Assembly (NCBI GenBank): GCA_041166745.1
Contig: JBEEGH010000034.1
Coordinates: 9,032-73,031, forward strand
DNA length: 64,000 bases
From: Acidimicrobiaceae bacterium
GTDB taxonomy: Bacteria; Actinomycetota; Acidimicrobiia; Acidimicrobiales; JACDCH01
Reading direction: 5' to 3'
Shown: positions 1 to 7,516 of the stretch, piece after piece
Layout: each line of letters starts with the position of its first letter
Numbering within the stretch: position 1 is the first letter of the stretch
Translations under genes and position numbers: made by a program
The notes under the pieces: model-generated
Seen by the model: only the letters and a program-made list of their open reading frames with translations
Database searches by the model: none
What the model was told of the DNA's origin: nothing

Positions 1-2018
1 GCGGTGACCGCGGCGAACTCATCGCCGTCGCTGGTCTGCTCGAGGTACCGCGCCACTGCGAGATGTCGCGCCTTGCGATCGCGGCGCGAGAGCGTGTCGT
101 ATGCGACGGTGCGTACCAGCGCCTGTACGAACCGGTACTGGCCGCGCTCGGGCGAAAATCGGTCGGTGTGAAGGAGCAGGATCTCTTTGCGGACCAGCTC
201 CTCCAGCACCGCATCCAGGTTCCCGACGCTGGTCACGGCCTCGAGTGCGTCACGGGAGAACGCCAACCCGTGCACGGTGGCGTCCTGCACGACCTCGCGT
301 TCGGCGGGCGTCAACGCGTCGAGTCGGGCCGCGATCAATGCCTGAAGGCTGGGGGGCGCGTCGAGCGTGCTGAGATCGACGCGCTGGTCCGCATCCGGAG
401 CGAGGACGTAACGGCCCTCGCGCGGGATGACCGCATCACGGTCGATGAGACCTCGCACCATCTCGAGCGCGTAGAGCGGAATCCCCTCCGAGCGTTCGAC
501 GAGCGCCCGGCACGCCTGCTCCGGCAGTCCCTGCACGAGACCGTTGACGATCTCGGCCATCACCGCTTCACCGAGCGGCTCGAGATACACCGTGGTGGCC
601 CGCCGTCCCGTGCCCCAGCCAGGGCGGGCGTCGACGAGATCCGGACGGGCCAGCGTCAACACGAACAGCGGGAAACGTGCGGTGTCCAGCAGGTGGTCGA
701 GGAAGTCGAGCAAGTCAGGGTCCGCGTACTGCATGTCGTCGAAGACGAGCACGACGCTCTTGTCGCCCTCGCTGACCCGCTCGAAGAAGTTGGCCCAGGC
801 CGAGAAGAGGTCGTCGCGCCCGAAGCTGGTCGGTCCGTCCGAGCGAACCTCGAGACCGAGAAGCGCGGCCAATCGCGGTTGGAGCCACTCCCGTTCATTC
901 GAATCCGCGACCGAGCGCTCGAGACCGGCGGTGAGCTTCTCGTGGACGACAGTGGACGGTTCCCCGTCGGTCACGCCGAGGCGCGAGCGCACCATCTCGG
1001 CCAGCGCCCAGAAACTGACGCCATCGCCGTAGGACAGGACGCGGCCGCGATGCCATCGCACGACCTCGCGGATGCCGTCGACGTACTTCTCGAACTCCCA
1101 CGCCACCCTGGTCTTGCCGACACCAGCGAGGCCAGAGACCGCTACCAAGCGCGGGCGACCTTCGTCCACGACCGCGTGGAAGAGCTCTTTCACCAACCGG
1201 AGCTCGTGCTCGCGTCCGAGGAACGGGGCTTCCAGACCATCGACGCGCTGAGCGCCACCGACGCTGGCGACGATGGCCCGCGCCGAATGCAAGCGCAGGG
1301 GCCCGGCCTTGCCTCTGAGGGAGTGCTCCCCCGCTTCCGTGTAGGTCACTGCCGCAGACGTGAGCGAGCGGGTGGTCTCATCGACCCACACCTGGCCAGG
1401 CTCGGCCACGGCCTGGATCCGAGCCGCGGTGTTGACGGCATCTCCGGCGACCATTCCCTCACCGACCGCGCCGAGCGTGACCGCAACCTCGCCAGTGAGG
1501 ATCCCGACGCGCATGTTCAGGTCGGGAACGCCGACTTTCTCGGCGAGGCCCCCGACCTCGCCGATCAGGTCCAGACCGGCACGCACGGCGCGCTCCGCGT
1601 CGTCCTCGTGGGTGATCGGCACGCCCCACACGGCCATCACGGCATCGCCGATGAACTTCTCGATCGTGCCTCCGTAGCGAGCGATGACCGTGTTCGCCAT
1701 CGCGAAGTACTGCGAGAGCAGTTCGCGAGTGTCCTCCGCATCGCGGGATTCCGCCAGCGTGGTGGAAGCCACCAGGTCGGCGAACAGGATCGTGGTGAGG
1801 CGCCGCTCGGCCACGCGCTTCGATGCGTCTGGCGACACGCCCGACGGCGCCGCCGGCGAGGCAGATGCCGTCAGTGCCCCGCCGCACTCGCCGCAGAACT
1901 TCGCGTCCTGTTCCACCGCCACACCGCACGTCGGGCACACGAGCCCGAGGGCCGCGCCGCACTCGCGGCAGAATTTCTTGCCCTCTGGGTTCTCCACGGC
2001 GCATGCGGGACAGTTCAT
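1..2018 (-). CDS. Zn-ribbon/class III nucleotidyl cyclase/AAA (STAND) ATPase protein, paralog 1 (C-terminus runs off window)
   Basis: Not in the ORF track (no stop in window). ATG at 2018 overlaps the upstream stop (ATGA) and gives MNCPACAVENPEGKKFCRECG...LFADLVAST...KFIGDAVMAVWG...GDAVNTAAR...GVGKT; colinear and highly similar to 2015-5560. Confidence 0.9.
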   Translation of the reverse strand, partial: MNCPACAVENPEGKKFCRECGAALGLVCPTCGVAVEQDAKFCGECGGALTASASPAAPSGVSPDASKRVAERRLTTILFADLVASTTLAESRDAEDTRELLSQYFAMANTVIARYGGTIEKFIGDAVMAVWGVPITHEDDAERAVRAGLDLIGEVGGLAEKVGVPDLNMRVGILTGEVAVTLGAVGEGMVAGDAVNTAARIQAVAEPGQVWVDETTRSLTSAAVTYTEAGEHSLRGKAGPLRLHSARAIVASVGGAQRVDGLEAPFLGREHELRLVKELFHAVVDEGRPRLVAVSGLAGVGKTRVAWEFEKYVDGIREVVRWHRGRVLSYGDGVSFWALAEMVRSRLGVTDGEPSTVVHEKLTAGLERSVADSNEREWLQPRLAALLGLEVRSDGPTSFGRDDLFSAWANFFERVSEGDKSVVLVFDDMQYADPDLLDFLDHLLDTARFPLFVLTLARPDLVDARPGWGTGRRATTVYLEPLGEAVMAEIVNGLVQGLPEQACRALVERSEGIPLYALEMVRGLIDRDAVIPREGRYVLAPDADQRVDLSTLDAPPSLQALIAARLDALTPAEREVVQDATVHGLAFSRDALEAVTSVGNLDAVLEELVRKEILLLHTDRFSPERGQYRFVQALVRTVAYDTLSRRDRKARHLAVARYLEQTSDGDEFAAVT

Positions 2019-5000
2019 GGCACGAGCGGACGGGAGTTGACACGTTGGACTTCCGCGACCCATCGGTTGGCCCGCAGGTCGACGAAGATTGCTTCCGCCT
2101 CTTCGAGCAGCGGCGCTGCAGCCTCGTCATCGCCGCTCTCCGCCATCACACGGGCGCGCTCGAGCAGCGTGCGCGCGATGTAGAAGCGGGCTCCGAGATC
2201 CCGAAACTCTTGCGTCGCGAGCTCGAGATCGGCGTCGATGACGGCCGAGTCGTCGCCGCGCGCGATTCCGACGAGCGCCCGGAGGCGTAACAGCTGCGCG
2301 TGCGCGAGCAGCGTGACCAAACCACGCGGCGCGTCGGCGACGTAGCCGAGCAGTCGCTCGGCTTCGCTCGTGTTTCCGGCCGCGAGCACGCTGTCGATGG
2401 CGAACGGCAGCAAGACGGCAAAGTCGTCTTCGATCCCAGACACGCGGTACGCCGCGTCCATGGCGCGGGTGAGCTCGACCGCTGCCTTCTCGAGATCGCC
2501 CTCGGCCTCGGCGCGCAAACCCTGGGCCAGCGCGTCCACGTACTCGGCCGCCGAGTTGCTGGCGTCGTACTCCGGAACGACGAGTTGGAAGTCGACGGGC
2601 TCGTCGCGGGCAGTGCGGATGAACACCAGCACGGAGCGGATCACGATGAGGTCGAGCGGATAGCTCAGGAAGTTGTCCTGATGGCTCACGTGGAGCGCCT
2701 CGGTCTCATCCCAGTCACCGGAGACCCAGCAGGTGAGTGCGAGGTTCATCGCGGCTATCCGCACGAGATCACGTGCGCCCGCCTGCAGCGTCAGCTCGAC
2801 CGCTTCACGGCCTGCGGTCCGCGCCTCGTCGAGGTCGCGGTTCTTGAGAAAGGCGGAGATGTTGAGCAGGGGCAGGATCGTCGCCCGCGGCAGATGTTCA
2901 CGGCGGCCGAGGTCGACGGCCGCGCGAAGAAGCGCGATCGCGCCCGTCGGCCGTCCTGTCGAAAGCCAGATGAGGGCCTGTCGGTTGAGCAGAGAAACGA
3001 GCCGTTCCCAGTCCTGCCGGCCTTCGGCCAGCTCCACCGCGCGATCGTTGTAGACCTGACCGGCGACCTGGTCGCCGCCCATCATGTGAACGCGCGCCAG
3101 GTTTTCGGCCAAGCGAAGAATGGCGTCATCGGCACCGGGCACGTTCGTGAGCTCGTCGTACACAGGGCGAACGAGCTCGCCTGACGCCTGGACATGGCCC
3201 TGTGAGAACAAGACGTCGCCGATGAGCGCGACGACGCGACCGGCGTCGACCCGTTGGCCCATCGACTCGTACGCGGCCCGCGCTTGTTCCGCATGGTGGA
3301 TCGACTCGTCCGGCCGGTTCGACGATTGCGCGGCACGCGCCGCCCCCTCGAGGAGCCGGCCGCGGTCGCTCGCGTCGGGCTCCCGTGCGAGCGCGGTCGT
3401 GTAGTGCCGAAGCGCTTCTTCGGGCGACCCCAGCGCTTCGGCCCGCCGCGCCGCACGCTGGAGTCGTTCGAGTGCGGCGGCGATGAGGGCCGGCGCATCG
3501 TCGTCGTCGGGCCCGTTGTCGAGTGCGTCGAGATAGTGCCGCGCGATGACCGCAGAGACTTCGTCGCCTTCACTCGCCTGCTCGAGGTACCGCGCCACGG
3601 CGAGATGTCGTGCCTTGCGATCACGCCGTGACAGCGTCTCGTACGCGACCGAGCGCACGAGCGCCTGCACGAACCGGTACTGACCCCGCTCCGCCGAGAA
3701 CCGGTCGGAGTGAACCTCGAGGATCTCCTTGCGGACGAGCTCCTCGAGCACCTCGTCCAGGTTCGCGACTGCGGTCACCGCTTCGAGCGCGTCGCGGGAG
3801 AATGCCAGCCCGTGTGCAGTTGCATCCTGCACCACCTGCCGTTCGGCGGGGGCCAGCGCGTCGAGACGGGCGGCGATCAGTGCCTGCAGGCTGGGTGGCG
3901 CGTCGAGAGCACTGAGATCGACGCGCTGGTCGGCATCGGGTGCGAGCACGTAACGGCCCTCACGGGGAATGACCACATCACGGTCGATGAGCCCGCGCAC
4001 CATCTCGAGCGCATAGAGGGGAATCCCCTCGGAGCGTTCGACCAGCGCGCGGCACGCCTGCTCGGGCAGCCCCTGCACGAGCGCATTGACGATCTCGACC
4101 ATGACGGCCTCGCCGAGCGGCTCCAGATACACCGTGGTGGCGCGCCGTCCCGTACCCCAACCGGGACGGGCGTCGGCGAGCTCCGGCCGGGCCAGCGTCA
4201 TCACGAACAGCGGGAACCGCGCGTTCTCCAGTAGGTAGTCGAGGAAGTCGAGCAGATCGGGATCCGCGTACTGCATATCGTCGAACACGAGCACGACGCC
4301 GTTGTCGTCCTCACGGACCTGCTCGAAGAAGTTTGCCCATGCTGCAAAGAGGTCGTCGCGGCCGAAGCTCGTCGGTCCGTCGGCGCGACCCGCGTCGAGA
4401 CCTAGTAGCGCGGCCAGCCTCGGTCGGAGCCACTCTCGCTCGTTCGGGTCGACGACGATGTTCTCGAGTCCAGCCGTGAGCTTGTCTTCGACAACGGTGG
4501 ACGATTCCGCGTCGGTGACACCAAGCCGTGTGCGCACCATCTCGGCCAGTGCCCAGAAGCTCACACCATCGCCGTAGGACAGGACCCGGCCGCGATGCCA
4601 CAGGACGACCTCGCTGATGCCGTCGACGTACTTCTCGAACTCCCACACCACCCGCGTCTTGCCGACACCGGCGACGCCCGTCACGGCCACCAACCGCGGC
4701 CGGCCCTCATCGATCGCGGCGTGGAAGAGGTCCTTCACCAAACGGAGCTCGTGTTCGCGTCCGAGGAACGGCGCCTCCAGTCCATCGACGCGCTGAGCGC
4801 CACCGACGCTGGCGACGATGGCCCGTGCTGAATGCAGTCGAATGGGCTCGGCCTTGCCTTTCAGGAGGTGTTCGCCCGCTTCTGTGTAGGTCACCGCCGC
4901 AGACGTGAGTGATCTCGTGGTCTCATCGACCCACACCTGGCCAGGCTCGGCCACGGCCTGGATCCGAGCCGCGGTGTTGACGGCATCACCGGCGACCATT

Positions 5001-5560
5001 CCCTCACCGACGGCGCCGAGGGTCACCGCCACTTCACCGGTGACGATCCCGACCCGCATGTTCAGATCAGGGATCCCGACCTTCTCCGCGAGGCCGGACA
5101 CCTCGCCGATCAAGTCGAGACCGGCGCGCACGGCGCGCTCCGCGTCGTCCTCGTGGGTGATCGGCACGCCCCAGACGGCCATCACGGCGTCGCCGATGAA
5201 CTTCTCGATGGTGCCGCCGTAGCGAGCGATGACCGTGTTCGCCATCGCGAAGTAGTGCGACAGGAGCTCGCGGGTGTCTTCGGCATCGCGAGACTCCGCC
5301 AGGGTGGTGGAACCCACCAGGTCGGCGAACAGAATCGTCGTGAGCCGCCGCTCGGCCACGCGCTTCGATGCGTCCGGCGCGCTCGTCGGGGCAGCCGGCG
5401 ACGCGGATGCCGTCAGCGCCCCGCCGCAGTCGCCGCAGAACTTCTTGCCCGACTCGACCAGGGCACCGCACGCCGGGCAGACGAGCGCGAGCGCCCCTCC
5501 ACAGTCGCCGCAGAACCTCTTACCCTCCGGATTCTCCGCTCCGCACGAAGGGCACGACAT
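2015..5560 (-). CDS. Zn-ribbon/class III nucleotidyl cyclase/AAA (STAND) ATPase/TPR-like protein, paralog 2
   Basis: Double CxxC zinc ribbon; cyclase motifs LFADLVGST, KFIGDAVM, GDAVNTAAR; Walker A GVAGVGKT; Walker B FDDMQYAD; helical C-terminus. Start is ATG 5560 or GTG 5575. Confidence 0.92.
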   Translation of the reverse strand: MSCPSCGAENPEGKRFCGDCGGALALVCPACGALVESGKKFCGDCGGALTASASPAAPTSAPDASKRVAERRLTTILFADLVGSTTLAESRDAEDTRELLSHYFAMANTVIARYGGTIEKFIGDAVMAVWGVPITHEDDAERAVRAGLDLIGEVSGLAEKVGIPDLNMRVGIVTGEVAVTLGAVGEGMVAGDAVNTAARIQAVAEPGQVWVDETTRSLTSAAVTYTEAGEHLLKGKAEPIRLHSARAIVASVGGAQRVDGLEAPFLGREHELRLVKDLFHAAIDEGRPRLVAVTGVAGVGKTRVVWEFEKYVDGISEVVLWHRGRVLSYGDGVSFWALAEMVRTRLGVTDAESSTVVEDKLTAGLENIVVDPNEREWLRPRLAALLGLDAGRADGPTSFGRDDLFAAWANFFEQVREDDNGVVLVFDDMQYADPDLLDFLDYLLENARFPLFVMTLARPELADARPGWGTGRRATTVYLEPLGEAVMVEIVNALVQGLPEQACRALVERSEGIPLYALEMVRGLIDRDVVIPREGRYVLAPDADQRVDLSALDAPPSLQALIAARLDALAPAERQVVQDATAHGLAFSRDALEAVTAVANLDEVLEELVRKEILEVHSDRFSAERGQYRFVQALVRSVAYETLSRRDRKARHLAVARYLEQASEGDEVSAVIARHYLDALDNGPDDDDAPALIAAALERLQRAARRAEALGSPEEALRHYTTALAREPDASDRGRLLEGAARAAQSSNRPDESIHHAEQARAAYESMGQRVDAGRVVALIGDVLFSQGHVQASGELVRPVYDELTNVPGADDAILRLAENLARVHMMGGDQVAGQVYNDRAVELAEGRQDWERLVSLLNRQALIWLSTGRPTGAIALLRAAVDLGRREHLPRATILPLLNISAFLKNRDLDEARTAGREAVELTLQAGARDLVRIAAMNLALTCWVSGDWDETEALHVSHQDNFLSYPLDLIVIRSVLVFIRTARDEPVDFQLVVPEYDASNSAAEYVDALAQGLRAEAEGDLEKAAVELTRAMDAAYRVSGIEDDFAVLLPFAIDSVLAAGNTSEAERLLGYVADAPRGLVTLLAHAQLLRLRALVGIARGDDSAVIDADLELATQEFRDLGARFYIARTLLERARVMAESGDDEAAAPLLEEAEAIFVDLRANRWVAEVQRVNSRPLVP

Positions 5561-5665
5561 ATCCACTCGCTTCACCCCCTTTCGCCGCGTCCGGCCAAAG
5601 GGTACGAGTCCACGACGCCCGCCGCTGACCGGTGTCCGGGTTGTGCCGTTTGACAGAGCACCCGC

Positions 5666-5686
5666 CCCCCGTAGCTCAGGGGATAG
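5666..5686 (+). repeat. 21-bp direct repeat of the tRNA-Arg 5' end (att-like tRNA fragment)
   Basis: CCCCCGTAGCTCAGGGGATAG is identical to 7327-7347. Confidence 0.85.
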
Positions 5687-5700
5687 CGCTCACGGGGCGA

Positions 5701-6237
5701 TCACGTGCCAACTCTCGTCGTGTCCGTGCTCCAGATGTTGTTGCACCGCTCGCACACTTCTGGCGGGACGGCACCGACGCGCATGAGCACAGCAAACACT
5801 TTGCAACCGAGGCACAGGCCGACGGCGGCTTCGAGGAATGCGGCCGCGATCAGGAGTGTGAGCGCGATCTTGGCGGCGCCCCACGCATCGAACACGAACG
5901 TGAGGGTGAGCGCGGTGGTGGTGAACAGCGCCCCGATGCCTTGAGCGAATCGTTTCGGTGGTCCGGCCACGAGGCGGGGCTCGATGTCGAGGCGCGGCGT
6001 GATGACTCTGGTGACGATCTGGCCGAGTGGGCTCAGTTTCGGTCCCGTGAGGACGCGGGCCCAGAACCCGTAGGTGAGCGGGATGAGTAGCCAACGTTGA
6101 TCGAAGGCCAGAGCGGTGATGGCCATGAGCAGCACACCCGCTGCGACGAGTCGCGCCGAGATCTCGTTGACCGGATTCGGGAACGAGAAGAGCGGGTCGG
6201 CGGTGACTACGCGGGTGTCGTGTGCCGCGAGCGCCAT
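5701..6237 (-). CDS. DUF4395 family membrane protein
   Basis: FSFPNPVNEISAR, GPPKRFAQGIG, LEAAVGLCLGC motifs; GGAGG SD before ATG 6237. Confidence 0.85.
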   Translation of the reverse strand: MALAAHDTRVVTADPLFSFPNPVNEISARLVAAGVLLMAITALAFDQRWLLIPLTYGFWARVLTGPKLSPLGQIVTRVITPRLDIEPRLVAGPPKRFAQGIGALFTTTALTLTFVFDAWGAAKIALTLLIAAAFLEAAVGLCLGCKVFAVLMRVGAVPPEVCERCNNIWSTDTTRVGT

Positions 6238-6264
6238 GTCAATCCTCCGGGTTGTAAATATGAC

Positions 6265-6293
6265 TTGTCCTATCAGGATTATAGACATACGGT
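6265..6293 (+). promoter_or_regulatory. Housekeeping-sigma promoter driving a leaderless sORF
   Basis: TTGTCC (6265-6270), 17 bp, TACGGT (6288-6293), 7 nt, GTG at 6301. Confidence 0.65.
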
Positions 6294-6300
6294 AACCGAC

Positions 6301-6375
6301 GTGCGAAGTGCGATCACGTTGAACGACACGTGGGGCGAGAGTCAGCGGTCGTCGTTCGACGAGCGCTGTTGCTGA
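6301..6375 (+). CDS. Leaderless Cys-Cys leader peptide (24 aa, MRSAITLNDTWGESQRSSFDERCC)
   Basis: Starts at the predicted TSS, ends TGT TGC TGA, lies just upstream of a cysteine dioxygenase and is followed by alternative hairpins. Confidence 0.65.
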   Translation: MRSAITLNDTWGESQRSSFDERCC

Positions 6376-6441
6376 ACGGAAACACGTGATGCGGGCTGTG
6401 CCCGCTCGTCCGTTCTGCCGCTCAGCTTGTTGGAGGAAACG

Positions 6442-6999
6442 TTGTCACTTGTCGCGCTTTCGCGCCCACCACTGTCGTACGCCGGTCCCGCTCGGTCGCC
6501 GGCCGCCTCGAAAGCGCTGCACCCCGCGGGCGCGGCCCTTCGTGTCGCCGGTGTGGACCTCCACGCGATCGCGTCGGGGCTGGCGCAGACCGCGCAGTTC
6601 GTGCCGCTGGACCACTGCGATGCGACCCGCCGGTACACCCGGATGTTGTCGACGCCGTCGTATGACGCGTGGGTCATCCGGTGGTCGCCGTCCGCGGAAC
6701 TCGATTTGCATGACCATGGCGGCTCGATCGGTGTAGTGCATGTCGTCGAGGGTGAACTCGTCGAACAACACGCCGACCTCGTCACAGGCGGACCGCTGCA
6801 GTCACAGACGGTTCGCGCCGGACACACCGTTCGCACCGCGTCGACGTCCGTGCACGCGGTCGCGAACCTCGGGCCCGACGACACGTTGACTGTGCACGTC
6901 TACTCGCCGCCGCTGTCAACGATGACGTTCTACGGGAATGCGAACGGACGGTTCGAGCCGATCGGCGTGCAGCCGGCGGGCGCGGAGATCACGCCGTAG
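6442..6999 (+). CDS. Cysteine dioxygenase family protein (cupin)
   Basis: HDHGGS, VHAVAN, TVHVYSPPL motifs; GGAGG 6432-6436 before TTG 6442. Confidence 0.85.
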   Translation: MSLVALSRPPLSYAGPARSPAASKALHPAGAALRVAGVDLHAIASGLAQTAQFVPLDHCDATRRYTRMLSTPSYDAWVIRWSPSAELDLHDHGGSIGVVHVVEGELVEQHADLVTGGPLQSQTVRAGHTVRTASTSVHAVANLGPDDTLTVHVYSPPLSTMTFYGNANGRFEPIGVQPAGAEITP

Positions 7000-7325
7000 T
7001 TGTCGAGCGACAGGCCCGCAGACGCTCGATCGCGGGCAGCTCAGACCCTGTACGAACCTCATCGGCTCGATGCCTGGCTCGACGAGCAGCAAAGCCTGCA
7101 GACGGCGCCGCTCAAGTTAGAGGAATACGTCGGTTCGAAGATTCGATAACTCCGTGCTGATGCAAAACAACCGGCGAGAGGGCAACGATCTCGGACTCGA
7201 GTGAGAGTCATGCCACGATTGGCCGCTCGGTACCGCCTCGTGCCACACCCTGTGGCACGCCGAGCACTTGGCCAGCACGCAACACACTCACGAAATCCAG
7301 GCTGACCAGCTACAACACAACATGA

Positions 7326-7397
7326 GCCCCCGTAGCTCAGGGGATAGAGCATCGGTTTCCTAAACCGTGTGCCCAGGTTCGAATCCTGGCGGGGGCG
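7326..7397 (+). tRNA. tRNA-Arg(CCT)
   Basis: Acceptor stem GCCCCCG/CGGGGGC; D-arm GCTCAGGGGATAGAGC; anticodon loop TTCCTAA; T-arm CCAGG-TTCGAAT-CCTGG; CCA not encoded. Confidence 0.95.
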
Positions 7398-7516
7398 CGA
7401 CATACGAGTGCGCGGGCCGCCCTCGGCGCGAACTTGCAGCGCAAACCGGACCCATCGGTCGTGTTCACGCTCTTGGTTCGAAGCGGGTCAGCGGCGGACG
7501 GCGATCGGCGTCGACA

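Noticed and set aside
63-2183. 706-aa plus-strand ORF and many other long antisense ORFs (e.g. 9383-11305, 60421-62115)
   Set aside because: Shadow frames of clearly motif-bearing genes in high-GC DNA; no recognisable domains.
1-5560. Pycsar/CBASS/Avs-type anti-phage system
   Set aside because: No adjacent cyclic-nucleotide effector or nuclease and no defence-island context in view; this architecture is common in actinobacteria. Not excluded beyond the left edge.
5664-5700. Second complete tRNA gene
   Set aside because: Lacks anticodon and T arms; only the 5' 21 nt match.
7059-7403. 114-aa ORF (MSRPRQDSNLGTRFRKPMLYPLSYGG)
   Set aside because: Antisense translation of the tRNA.
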